In this document: positions 49,659 through 58,783 of the stretch, piece by piece
Layout: the number at the start of each line of letters is the position of its first letter
How positions within the stretch are numbered: the stretch's first letter is position 1
Notes under the pieces: generated by a model
What the model was told of the DNA's origin: nothing
Seen by the model: only the letters and a program-made list of their open reading frames with translations
Database searches by the model: none
Assembly: GCA_964511835.1 (NCBI GenBank)
Contig: CAZEII010000001.1
Location: 52,957 to 116,956, forward strand
DNA from: an uncultured Acidobacteriota bacterium
GTDB lineage: Bacteria > Acidobacteriota > Polarisedimenticolia > Polarisedimenticolales > DASRJG01
Length of the DNA stretch: 64,000 nucleotides
Direction of reading: 5' to 3'
Translations under genes and position numbers: made by a program

Positions 49659-50882
49659 GTGTCCGGCGAGCGCCTCATCGCTTGGGCAGAACGCAACATG
49701 CCGGTCCTGCGGATCGTTCGCGAGCGCTTCGCGAAGGAGCGCCCTCTGGCCGGACACCGCATCGCCGCCTGCCTGCACGTCACGCCCGAGACCGCGAATC
49801 TGCTCTTGACGCTGAAGGCCGCCGGAGCCGACGTCGCGCTCTCCGCGAGCAACCCGACCTCGACCCAGGACGACGTCGCCGGCGCGCTGACTTCCGAGCT
49901 CGGCATCCCGACCTTCGCCGCCCGCGGAGAGAGCGCGGCGCGGCGCGCCGAGAATCTCGAGCGTGTGCTCGCCCTGAGACCGACGATCACGCTCGACGAC
50001 GGCGCCGATCTCGTGACGATCCTCCACGAAAGGAAGCGCGACTTGCTGAACGACGTCGCCGGCGGGACCGAGGAGACGACGACCGGCGTCATCCGTCTGC
50101 GCTCGCTCGCCGCCCGCGGACAGCTCTCCTACCCGATCGTCGCCGTCAACGACGCGGTGACGCGGCAACTGTTCGACAGCCGCCACGGCACGGGGCAATC
50201 GACGATGGACGGGATCGTCCGCGCGACAAACGTCCTCGTCGCCGGGATGCCGATCGTGGTCGCAGGGTACGGCTGGGTGGGGAAGGGGATCGCGATGCGC
50301 GCACGGGGGCTCGGTGCGCAGGTGACGATCTGCGAGGTCGCCCCCGTGGCGGCGCTCGAGGCCTGCATGGACGGCTTCCGCGTTCTCCCGATGAAGGACG
50401 CGGCGCGCGAGGGGCACGTCTTCATCACGGCGACCGGGAGCAAGAACGTCGTCGGGGGTGAGCATTTCGCGTTGATGCCCGACAGCGCGCTCATCGCGAA
50501 CGCGGGGCACTACGACGTCGAGATCGACGTGGGGGCCCTCGCGCGCCTCGCCGTCAAGCGCCGGCCTGTGCGCGACCTCGTCGAAGAGTTCGAGCTCCCC
50601 GACGGGCGGCGGATTCATCTCTTGGCCGGCGGCCGGCTCGTGAACCTCGCGGCCGGTGAGGGGCATCCCGCGACCATCATGGACATGACCTTCGCCAATC
50701 AGGCCCTTGCCGTGGACTTTCTCGTCGCACGCCGGGGAAAGCTCGAGCCGACGGTGCTGTCGGTCCCGAAGGAGATCGACCAGCATGTCGCGGCGCTCAA
50801 GCTGACGAGCCTGGGCGTGCGGATCGACGCACTCACGCCGGAGCAGCAGCGTTACCTCGCTTCGTGGAGCGATGGCGCCTAA
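49659..50882 (+). CDS. ahcY: Adenosylhomocysteinase (short ~407-aa form)
   Basis: GTG start. Motifs are CLHVTPETANL, EETTTGV and GYGWVGKGIA (NAD site). Confidence 0.95.
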   Translation: MSGERLIAWAERNMPVLRIVRERFAKERPLAGHRIAACLHVTPETANLLLTLKAAGADVALSASNPTSTQDDVAGALTSELGIPTFAARGESAARRAENLERVLALRPTITLDDGADLVTILHERKRDLLNDVAGGTEETTTGVIRLRSLAARGQLSYPIVAVNDAVTRQLFDSRHGTGQSTMDGIVRATNVLVAGMPIVVAGYGWVGKGIAMRARGLGAQVTICEVAPVAALEACMDGFRVLPMKDAAREGHVFITATGSKNVVGGEHFALMPDSALIANAGHYDVEIDVGALARLAVKRRPVRDLVEEFELPDGRRIHLLAGGRLVNLAAGEGHPATIMDMTFANQALAVDFLVARRGKLEPTVLSVPKEIDQHVAALKLTSLGVRIDALTPEQQRYLASWSDGA

Positions 50883-53850
50883 GCGCCTGCGGCGGTACGC
50901 GACCGTAGCCTTGGGCTCGGCCCTCCTCCTCTGGCTCGGTACAGGAGTTCACCGGCTCGACCCCGAGCGTCAATTCGCCGTTCGCTCAGGACTTGCCTCG
51001 GGCGGCCTCCCTCGAGTCTTCGAGCATCGGCGCCTCGTGCTCGCCCCTCCGGGACTGTTCCGACTGAGCGTCTTTCCTCGGCCCGCAGTCGAGCTGCCGC
51101 TCCCGGGCGCCGCCACGGCCATGCTCCCCAGCGCGGACGGGAGCCGCTTCGGCCTCATGGGGACCGCCATGGTCCGCGCGCTCCCCGAGGACGCCGTCGA
51201 GCTCGACCGCGCCGCCGAGGGGAAGGGGCTTCCCGCCGTGCTCTTAGCGGCGATCCGAGCGTCGTCGAGCGTCCTCGGCGACGCCGATCGAGAGGACCGG
51301 GGCGTGTCCACGCGAAGGCTTGCCTTCGAACGAGGTCTCCGCGCCGGGCTTTCAGAGCGGGGGGTGGCGCTCGAGCGTCTCACGCTTCAGGGATTCGACG
51401 ACCTGACCGCGAAATCCGGCCTGGCACGGATCCCCAAGGACGTGAAGGTGTTGGTCGTCGGCCTCGACGGTGCGGACTGGAAGATCGCCGATCCGCTGAT
51501 GGCGGCCGGCCGGATGCCGAACCTCGCCCGACTGGTCAAGGGCGGCGTGCGCTCGAACCTGCTGTCGATCCCGCCGATGCTCTCGCCGGTCATCTGGACC
51601 AGCATCGCGACCGGCGTCGAGCCGGCGCGCCACGGCATCCTCGATTTTCTCGCTCCGACGCCGAACGGGGAGCGAGAGCCGGTCACCTCCCGAGCGCGAC
51701 GCGTCCCCGCGGTATGGGACCTTCTGTCCGAGGCCGGGGCGAGGGTCGGGGTGACCGGCTGGTGGGCGACCTGGCCTGCGGATCCGGTCAACGGCTACAT
51801 GGTGACCGATCGAGTGGCCTACCAGCTCTTCGGTTACAGCTCCGATCCCCGCTCGGCCGCCGGGAAGACGTGGCCCGCCTCGGTGTACGAGACCGTCCGG
51901 CCGCTCATCGTCCCCACGGACTCGGTTCCGTGGAGCGACGTGACGCCGTACTTGGAGGGCCCGCGCCGGCGTCTCGAGGAATTCGACCCGGACGAACGCG
52001 AGCGCCTCGACGAATTCCGAACGCTGCTCGCGGCGGGGAAGACCTACCTCGACGCGGCGCTCGCGATGCGCGCGCGAGAGACGGTTCGATTCGAGGCGGT
52101 CTACTTCGAGGGCACCGACACCGCCGGCCATCTGTTCATGTCCTACCGGCCGCCGCGGCTCCCCTCGGTCGATCCGAAGAGCTTCGCGTCGTTCCGATCG
52201 ATCGTCGACCGCACCTACGAGAACGCGGACGCCATCCTCGGAAAGCTCCTCGAGGGACGCGAAGGGTGGACCGTCTTCGTCGTCAGCGATCACGGCTTCG
52301 CGTCGGATGCGACCCGGCCCTTGACGACGGACTCCCGGATCGGCCACGGCGCGGCGGCGGACTGGCACCGGCGATTCGGCATCCTCGTCATGAACGGACC
52401 GGGGGTGCAACGCGGCGTGACGCTCGAGGAAGCCTCCGTTTACGACATCGCCCCGACGATCCTCGCGCTCTTCGGACAGCCGGTGCCCAAGTCATGGCCC
52501 GGGCGCGTGCTCGGAAGGGGGCTCACGCCCGAGCTCCTCGCAGCGCATCCGGTTCGCTTCCGGACCGAGGACCCCGTGCTGGCGCGCATGGGGGAGTCGC
52601 CACAGCCGAGCGACGAGCGGGAATCGAACGAGCTGCGCGCAAAGCTCCAGAGCCTAGGCTATCTCTCCGCGAGCGACAACCTTCCGATGACCACCAAGAA
52701 CAACCGGGGCGTCGGGCTCCTTGCGGAAGGCAAGTACGCAGAAGCCGCGGCCGCCTTTCGCCAGGCCCTCGCCGACCAGCCCAACCAGGCGACGCTGATG
52801 ATCAACCTCGGGATCGCGCAGCGCTTTGCCGGCGAGCGGCTGGAAGCGAGGCTGCTCTTCGAGAAGGCGTTCGAAGCCCCCGAAGGACGGCGCGCCGCCG
52901 GGCTGCAGATCGCTCAGCTCGAGTTGGAGGACGGAGATCTGCCCGGGGCCGAGAGCCGGCTTCGCGCCGTGCTCGCGCTCGAGCCCGACGCCGGGGAGGT
53001 CAAGAACTCCCTGGGTATCGTGCTCGAGAAGCAAGGACGGGTGCGCGAGGCGGAGCGGGAATTCCTGGATGCGGCCAAGCTCGACGCCAACGCGGCCGAG
53101 CCCCGCAACAACCTCGGCAACCTCTCCCGGGGAGAGCACCATGACGACGACGCGGAGCGATGGTACCTGACCGCGATCGCCGCCGACCCGTATTTCGTCG
53201 GTGCGTACAACAACTTGGCGCTCCTGTGCCAGGATCGCGGCCAAATCGATCGCGCTATCGATCTGTACGGACGCGCGCTCGCGAAAGCTCCCAAGAACGC
53301 GGTCGTCATGAACAATCTGGCTTCCCTGTACTTCGCCACGGGGGAGAGCCGCGAGGCGCGCGCCCTGTGGAAGAAAGCGATCGAAGCGGACCCTACCTAC
53401 GCTTCGCCGCTCAACAACCTCGCGGGGCTCGCGCTCTCGGAAGGGGATGACGCGGCCGCAGCGGAGCTGCTCGATCGTGCGCTCGCACTCGATCCTGCCT
53501 ACGGAGATGCGCGGATCAATCGCTCGCTGATCGCACGGCACCGCGGAGACCTCGCTGCCGCGCGACGGGAGCTCGAGGAGGCGGTCAAGGATCCGCGATC
53601 CGTCGGAACGGCGCGGCTTCAGCTCGGGCTCTTGGATCTGTCGGCCGGCCGGCCTGCCCAGGCGGCGACGCAGCTCCGTGCGGCGCACGATGCGCTGGGT
53701 GACCGGACCGACGTGCTCAACGCTCTGGGGGAGTCGTACGCGCGCCTCGACGACCGCAAGAAGGCGCTGTCGGCCTTCAAGAGGTCGCTCGAACTCAACC
53801 CGGCGCAGGCAGTCGTCTCTGACGCCGTCAGAAAACTAGATAAACAATAA
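50872..53850 (+). CDS. Membrane-anchored alkaline-phosphatase-superfamily (type I phosphodiesterase/nucleotide pyrophosphatase-like) domain fused to a long C-terminal TPR array
   Basis: 992 aa with an N-terminal TM. The AlkP-core motifs are VLVVGLDGADW..SIPPMLSPVIWTSIATGVEPARHGILDF..FVVSDHGF. There are ~400 aa of TPRs (NNLASLYFATGESREARALWKKAIEADP..). Overlaps ahcY by 11 nt. Confidence 0.75.
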   Translation: MAPKRLRRYATVALGSALLLWLGTGVHRLDPERQFAVRSGLASGGLPRVFEHRRLVLAPPGLFRLSVFPRPAVELPLPGAATAMLPSADGSRFGLMGTAMVRALPEDAVELDRAAEGKGLPAVLLAAIRASSSVLGDADREDRGVSTRRLAFERGLRAGLSERGVALERLTLQGFDDLTAKSGLARIPKDVKVLVVGLDGADWKIADPLMAAGRMPNLARLVKGGVRSNLLSIPPMLSPVIWTSIATGVEPARHGILDFLAPTPNGEREPVTSRARRVPAVWDLLSEAGARVGVTGWWATWPADPVNGYMVTDRVAYQLFGYSSDPRSAAGKTWPASVYETVRPLIVPTDSVPWSDVTPYLEGPRRRLEEFDPDERERLDEFRTLLAAGKTYLDAALAMRARETVRFEAVYFEGTDTAGHLFMSYRPPRLPSVDPKSFASFRSIVDRTYENADAILGKLLEGREGWTVFVVSDHGFASDATRPLTTDSRIGHGAAADWHRRFGILVMNGPGVQRGVTLEEASVYDIAPTILALFGQPVPKSWPGRVLGRGLTPELLAAHPVRFRTEDPVLARMGESPQPSDERESNELRAKLQSLGYLSASDNLPMTTKNNRGVGLLAEGKYAEAAAAFRQALADQPNQATLMINLGIAQRFAGERLEARLLFEKAFEAPEGRRAAGLQIAQLELEDGDLPGAESRLRAVLALEPDAGEVKNSLGIVLEKQGRVREAEREFLDAAKLDANAAEPRNNLGNLSRGEHHDDDAERWYLTAIAADPYFVGAYNNLALLCQDRGQIDRAIDLYGRALAKAPKNAVVMNNLASLYFATGESREARALWKKAIEADPTYASPLNNLAGLALSEGDDAAAAELLDRALALDPAYGDARINRSLIARHRGDLAAARRELEEAVKDPRSVGTARLQLGLLDLSAGRPAQAATQLRAAHDALGDRTDVLNALGESYARLDDRKKALSAFKRSLELNPAQAVVSDAVRKLDKQ

Positions 53851-53856
53851 TAATTA

Positions 53857-56265
53857 CTAAGTCGGTATGTACAGCAAGAAGAGCGTGCCTATGGCCGCGA
53901 AGAACGCGTTGGGAGACCATGCGGCAAGCATCGGCGGCAGGATCGTTTCGAGGCCGAGGGCGTTGAAGATTGCCGCCGTCGCCCAGAAGACGATGGCCAG
54001 GAGGAGGCCGACGCCGACGCCGTAAGTCGACCCTCTGCGTCCAACCTTGAAGGCGAAGGGGAGTGCCAGCAGCACCGTGACGAGAGGTGTGGCGACCGCG
54101 GCCGTCTTTTGCCAATACTCGACGCGGAGCCGGGTCGTGTCGTAACCGCTCTTGGCAAGGCCCGCGATCTGCTCGTCGAGGTCGCCGATGGAGGCCTGCT
54201 GCGGCAGATCGGCGCCAGCCAGGAGCGTTCTCTCTCGGCGCGTGAAATTGTCGGGAAAATCGAAAACCGTGATCGCTTCCTTGTCGAAGCGTCGGTACTC
54301 GCCAGACGATCCGCGCTCTGGGAAGGTGCGATACCAACCCTTCTCCGCCTCCCACTTCGTGCCGTCCCACTTCGCCGAGGTGCAGAACCACTGCTCGAGC
54401 ACACGGGCCGCGGCGAGGTCGATCCTGAACACGGAGAGCCCCTGAAATCGCAGCGCCTGCGGATCGAAGATCCGGTAGTGGTAGAGCCTGCCGTCGCTCC
54501 CCCAGGTCCAGCGCCCGCCCGGCGACCATCCGTAGGTGCGCGGGCTGCGTCCTTGAATCGCATCCTTGACCGACTGCGCGCGGCGGTTCGTCTCGGGCGC
54601 AATCCGGTCCTGAACCAGGTGGAGGAGCCCGCAAAGCAAGAGCGTGATGAAGATGATCGGCGCACAGACGCGACGGGCGCTCATGCCGGAGGCCTTGATG
54701 GCTGTCAGCTCACCGTGGCGCGCCAGGAGCGTGACGGCGAGCACCGCCGCGATCATGGCGGCGAACGGCAGTGTGAGCACCAGCGCACCTGGGATGAAGT
54801 ACTTGAAGTAGGTGACGAGAAGGATCGGCGGCTGCTTCCGCTCGACGATCGCGTCCAACAGCCCCTTGAGCTCGACGAGCGAGAAGATCACATACGTCGA
54901 TGCGAGCGAGATGCCGAGCATGCGAAGGTAGAGAACGCCGATGTAGCGGTCGAGCACGGCGGCCAAGCGGAATCCGCGTGCCGGCGCATCCGACTCAGCC
55001 GGTGCTCCCGTGACCTCACGGGACGATGGACGCCGCCGGATCAGCGCCGAGGGGGACGCCAACAGCCACGTCCAGGCGCGGCGCGCGAGCCCGAGCCAGA
55101 CGGGAGTGCGGGCAGGGGAGCGCATCATCCGATAGAGGACGATCGTCCAAGCGGCCACGATCAGGTTCGCGCTCCAGACCCCCAGCGCGACGGGGACACG
55201 CCCGTCCCGGGCCTGCTCGAGTCCGAAGGTGAAGATCATCCAATAGACGAGAATGACCCCGAGGCTGAGCGCGAAGCCGGCGCCCTTGCCGCTGCGTGCT
55301 CGAGAGACTCCCAGGGGCAGCGAGAGCAGCGCGAACACCAGGCTCGCGAACGGGAGAGCCAGCCGTCGATGGGCCTCGGAACCCACGGCGCGGACGCGGT
55401 ACCCGCGGAGGAGCGGATTCGGCTCGTGGTGCGCCGCACGATACTCCTTCCAGAGCTCGCCTGGGAGCATGTCGGCGACCACCTTGTCCGGCCTCTCGCC
55501 GCCGGGCTGCATCCAGGGCGGAAGGAGGATCGGGCTTGGCGAGAAGGCGTCGAACTGGGAGCTGCGATAGGTCTCCGGATCGTTGGAGCGGAACGACTGC
55601 CACACGCCATCTCTGAACTCCAGGCGGAGCCGGGAATCTTTCGTGGCCGCTGGGCTCACCGTCGCGTGCTTGGCGACGATCAGCTGCTCGTTCGCGCTCC
55701 CTCCGTTCTCCGGGGCTTGATAGAGGACGGTCCTTTCAAGGACCCCGTTCGTACCCGCTCGCATTTCGTCGACGAACAAGACGTATCCCGGGAGCTCGTC
55801 GAAGAAGACGCGTGGCTTGATCTCCGTGGTGACGTTGCGCGCCGTCAAAAGGCGGCTCTGGATCGCGCGGAGCTCGTAACTGGCCCACGGCTGGACGAAG
55901 ACGTAGATCGAGAGCGCCACGGCCATCGCAGCCGCGCCATGCATCGCCAGCGGGCGCATCAGCTGCCATGGGCCCAGACCGCACGACTGACACGCGATCA
56001 TCTCGCCGTCGGCGGAGAGGCGACCGATCGCGATCAAGGACCCGAGCAGCGTACCGATGGGAATCGCCAGGACCAGCATGCTCGGCACGTTGAGCCCGAG
56101 GATCTGAAGGGTGATCCCGACGCCGAGATCCTTCTGGATGGCCTGGCGGGCGATGAAGAAGAAGTCGTTCATCATGAGAATCGCCGTCCAGAGGGCGATT
56201 CCCACGAACGTTGCCGCGGCAAGCTCGCTGAGGACGTAGCGGGTGAGACGCCGGGGTCGAAGCAT
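53857..56265 (-). CDS. Fused LptF-LptG LPS export permease (two YjgP/YjgQ modules in one polypeptide)
   Basis: 802 aa. Module 1 starts LTRYVLSELAAATFVGIALWT and module 2 restarts at ~aa 440 with LDRYIGVLYLRMLGISLAST. Each has 3 TM + periplasmic beta-jellyroll-like insert + 3 TM. Confidence 0.85.
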   Translation of the reverse strand: MLRPRRLTRYVLSELAAATFVGIALWTAILMMNDFFFIARQAIQKDLGVGITLQILGLNVPSMLVLAIPIGTLLGSLIAIGRLSADGEMIACQSCGLGPWQLMRPLAMHGAAAMAVALSIYVFVQPWASYELRAIQSRLLTARNVTTEIKPRVFFDELPGYVLFVDEMRAGTNGVLERTVLYQAPENGGSANEQLIVAKHATVSPAATKDSRLRLEFRDGVWQSFRSNDPETYRSSQFDAFSPSPILLPPWMQPGGERPDKVVADMLPGELWKEYRAAHHEPNPLLRGYRVRAVGSEAHRRLALPFASLVFALLSLPLGVSRARSGKGAGFALSLGVILVYWMIFTFGLEQARDGRVPVALGVWSANLIVAAWTIVLYRMMRSPARTPVWLGLARRAWTWLLASPSALIRRRPSSREVTGAPAESDAPARGFRLAAVLDRYIGVLYLRMLGISLASTYVIFSLVELKGLLDAIVERKQPPILLVTYFKYFIPGALVLTLPFAAMIAAVLAVTLLARHGELTAIKASGMSARRVCAPIIFITLLLCGLLHLVQDRIAPETNRRAQSVKDAIQGRSPRTYGWSPGGRWTWGSDGRLYHYRIFDPQALRFQGLSVFRIDLAAARVLEQWFCTSAKWDGTKWEAEKGWYRTFPERGSSGEYRRFDKEAITVFDFPDNFTRRERTLLAGADLPQQASIGDLDEQIAGLAKSGYDTTRLRVEYWQKTAAVATPLVTVLLALPFAFKVGRRGSTYGVGVGLLLAIVFWATAAIFNALGLETILPPMLAAWSPNAFFAAIGTLFLLYIPT

Positions 56266-56385
56266 CGGCGGCGGAGTTTAGCAGGCGGTTCCGATGGGAA
56301 TTCGAATCAATCCAACGTCCGATAATGCATATTATGTAAACTCATATCCCCGCGAAATGTCCCGAGCTGCCTATCGAAATCAAGA

Positions 56386-57285
56386 TCAGGCGCTCGCCTC
56401 CGGCGCCCTCGCCTTCCGCCCCCGGGAAGTGCCGGCGGCCGCCCGTCCATCCTCCTGAAGCTCCCGGATGAGCCTCTCCAGAATCGACTGCAGCGCGCTC
56501 ACCAGCTCCGTCTTCTGCACGTTCGGCCGAGGGAACGTCAGGCTGAACTGGAACGTCGCGTCCTCCGGTGCGTAGCGATAGACGAATCGCTTCTGGCGCC
56601 CGTCGTTCCGCGCCCCGCCTCGGTTGAACTTGCGCGCCTGCTCGCGCGTTATTCCGCCACCGGTGATCCGGTCGACCAACTTGTGCATCGCGTCTTCCGT
56701 CTCCTGACGTACGATCTGAAGGAGCATCGACTTGCTATCAATGTCGGCCTGCCGACATCGCTCCTGCACGCTCTCAGGCATCCGGTTGAGGCTCAGCGCT
56801 TCCGTGATCACGGTCCGAGATTTTCCGAGCTTCCGGGCGATCTCTTCGTGCGTGTAGCGGAACTGGTCACAGAGGCGCTGGATTGCGGCGGCCTCTTCGA
56901 ACGGCGTCAGGTCCTTCCGCTGCAGATTCTCGATCAGAGAGATCTCAAGCATCCCTCGATTGTCGACATCGACCTCGATCCCCGGAACGTGGCGCAGCCC
57001 CGCCATCTTCGAGGCCTGGTAACGACGCTCCCCGGCGATGATCTCGAAGCGCCCTCCCTCGATCGCGCGCACGAGGATCGGCTCGAGCACTCCCTTCTCC
57101 TTGATCGACGCCACCATCTCGGACAGATCGCCGAACTGCTTTCGCGGCTGATGTGGATTCGGCTCGATCCGGTCGATGTCGATAAGGCGGCCGATGGATT
57201 CCGATCGGCTCGAAGTGATCTCCTCGACAAAGTGGCTGTCATGGCGCATGCGTTTGTCCTGCGGCAGGCCCCGGAACTTAGACAC
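56386..57285 (-). CDS. parB: ParB/Spo0J-family partition protein (divergent N- and C-termini)
   Basis: ParB box IIAGERRYQASKMAGL, HTH THEEIARKLGKSRTVITEALSL, and IEPNPHQPRKQF. Overlaps parA by 8 nt. Confidence 0.9.
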   Translation of the reverse strand: MSKFRGLPQDKRMRHDSHFVEEITSSRSESIGRLIDIDRIEPNPHQPRKQFGDLSEMVASIKEKGVLEPILVRAIEGGRFEIIAGERRYQASKMAGLRHVPGIEVDVDNRGMLEISLIENLQRKDLTPFEEAAAIQRLCDQFRYTHEEIARKLGKSRTVITEALSLNRMPESVQERCRQADIDSKSMLLQIVRQETEDAMHKLVDRITGGGITREQARKFNRGGARNDGRQKRFVYRYAPEDATFQFSLTFPRPNVQKTELVSALQSILERLIRELQEDGRAAAGTSRGRKARAPEASA

Positions 57286-58042
57286 GAGCGATCACCTCCT
57301 CCGACAGACTGTAGTACTCGTTCGCACCCGACGACTGCGGCGCGAACGTGAAGATGCTCTGCTTGTAGGCCGGACTCTCCTCGAGTCGCACGCTCTTCGA
57401 GATCGTGGTCCTGAACACTTTGTCGCCAAAGACGTTCCGGATCTGCTGGTGGATGTCGCGGGAGAGGATCGTCCGCTTGTCGTGGAGCGTGACGACCACC
57501 CCGAGGAATTCGAGCCCCGGATTGGGCCGTGCCCGAATCTTCTCGTAGGTTTCGAGCAGGTCGTCGGTTCCCTCGAGCGCAAAGTAGGAGGACTGGATCG
57601 GGACCAGCAAGTGCGTACCCGCGACGAGCGCGTTGACGGTCAGGATTCCAAGCGTCGGGGGCGTGTCGATCACGACGTAGTCGTAGAGATCGCGGATCGG
57701 ATCGATCTTGTCCTTCAGGCGGAAGTGGCTGTCGAACTCCCCCACCAACTTGACCTCGGCCTTCGCCAAGGAGATCCGCGAGCCCATGACGTCGAGGTTC
57801 TCGTCCGAGGTCGTGCGGATCACTTGCTCCGGCGTGACGCTGGGATCGACGAGCAGGTCGTAGACGGTCTTTTCGGTTCCGTCCACGGGGACGAAGGAGA
57901 TCGTCGCATTTCCCTGCGGGTCGAGGTCGATCAAGAGCGTCTTGAGCTTCTTCTGAGCGAGCGCCGCTGCGAGATTGATCGCCGTCGTCGTCTTGCCGAC
58001 TCCCCCCTTCTGATTCGCGACCACGATCGTCATCGAGCCCAT
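57278..58042 (-). CDS. parA: ParA/Soj partition ATPase
   Basis: 254 aa with the deviant Walker A motif NQKGGVGKTTT. Confidence 0.95.
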   Translation of the reverse strand: MGSMTIVVANQKGGVGKTTTAINLAAALAQKKLKTLLIDLDPQGNATISFVPVDGTEKTVYDLLVDPSVTPEQVIRTTSDENLDVMGSRISLAKAEVKLVGEFDSHFRLKDKIDPIRDLYDYVVIDTPPTLGILTVNALVAGTHLLVPIQSSYFALEGTDDLLETYEKIRARPNPGLEFLGVVVTLHDKRTILSRDIHQQIRNVFGDKVFRTTISKSVRLEESPAYKQSIFTFAPQSSGANEYYSLSEEVIARV

Positions 58043-58149
58043 GGGCGAGTCTCTTCCTCGGCGTTTGTCGCCGGCTGAAACGAGGCCGCTTGATGTTGAG
58101 GAGTTTGAATCAGACGACGCAAGATGTTGTGCAGTGTCACGACGCCGCG

Positions 58150-58178
58150 AGTGTAGCGAGCGCAGAATCCCGCGTCAA
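58150..58178 (-). promoter_or_regulatory. Sigma70-type promoter candidate for parAB: TTGACG-N17-TACACT (minus strand)
   Basis: On the minus strand, TTGACG is the complement of 58173-58178 and TACACT the complement of 58150-58155. It lies ~105 nt upstream of the parA ATG. Confidence 0.45.
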
Positions 58179-58246
58179 CGGTTTAGACGACGAAATTGTC
58201 GGCGATGGATTCCCTGGTGTTGCCGCAACGATTTGGTTGCGGTCGG

Positions 58247-58732
58247 CTACATCTCGTAGCGGCCGAGCTCCTCGGGGTCGACTTTCTCGAGCCAACGCCG
58301 CAATCGCTCGGCTTCGTCGACCTGTCCTTCGTCACCGCTCGCCGATGACCTCTCGAGAACCGCGTCTTCGACGAAGATCGGCACCTTCACCCGAAGCGCT
58401 AGAGCCATCGCGTCGGACGGGCGTGAGTCGATCGCCAACTTCTCGCCGTTGCGATCGAGGTGAATGAGAGCGAAGAAGGTGTTGTCCCGCAGATCGGTGA
58501 TGACGACGCGATCCACGCGAGCGTGCAAAGCGTCGATCATGTTGCCGAGGAGATCGTGGGTCATCGGTCGTGGTGAGAGGCTTCCGTCGAGCTGCTGGGC
58601 GATGGCGTTCGCCTCGAACAAGCCGACGAAGATGGGAAGGAGGCTCTCCCCTTCCCGGGTTCTGAGGATCACGATCGGCATGCGGGACACCGGATCCCAC
58701 ATCAACCCTTTGACCTTCATCTCGACGGCCAT
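58247..58732 (-). CDS. Bifunctional nuclease family protein (DUF151/BFN)
   Basis: Track ORF 58247..58759. Met10 (58732) is the likely start. The DUF151-type pattern is PIVILRTREGESLLPIFVGLFEANAI..RPMTHDLL..DSRPSDAMALALR. Confidence 0.8.
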   Translation of the reverse strand: MAVEMKVKGLMWDPVSRMPIVILRTREGESLLPIFVGLFEANAIAQQLDGSLSPRPMTHDLLGNMIDALHARVDRVVITDLRDNTFFALIHLDRNGEKLAIDSRPSDAMALALRVKVPIFVEDAVLERSSASGDEGQVDEAERLRRWLEKVDPEELGRYEM

Positions 58733-58783
58733 GCGCTCTCCCGGCGGTCCACCATCCACTATAAGCGCCCCGTTTTGGCGGGG

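Noticed and set aside
56320-56345. The ATAATGCATATTAT segment in the lptFG upstream region looked like a palindromic operator or -10 cluster.
   Set aside because: It is not a true palindrome (5-bp arms only). No -35 partner lies at a sensible spacing for any of the overlapping TAnnnT hexamers, so I could not support a specific promoter call.
56356-56365. The 10-mer AATGTCCCGA in the A+T-rich parB-lptFG spacer is identical to part of the 9103-9180 hairpin arm (9152-9161).
   Set aside because: One 10-mer match in 64 kb searched on both strands is only marginally unexpected, and the flanks do not align convincingly. It is worth re-testing only if the hairpin proves to be a dispersed repeat.
58223-58242. 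Small hairpin CCGCAAC-GATTTG-GTTGCGG just downstream of the BFN gene stop, considered as an intrinsic terminator.
   Set aside because: The stem is only 7 bp and no U-run follows on the transcribed (minus) strand. The evidence is too weak to annotate.
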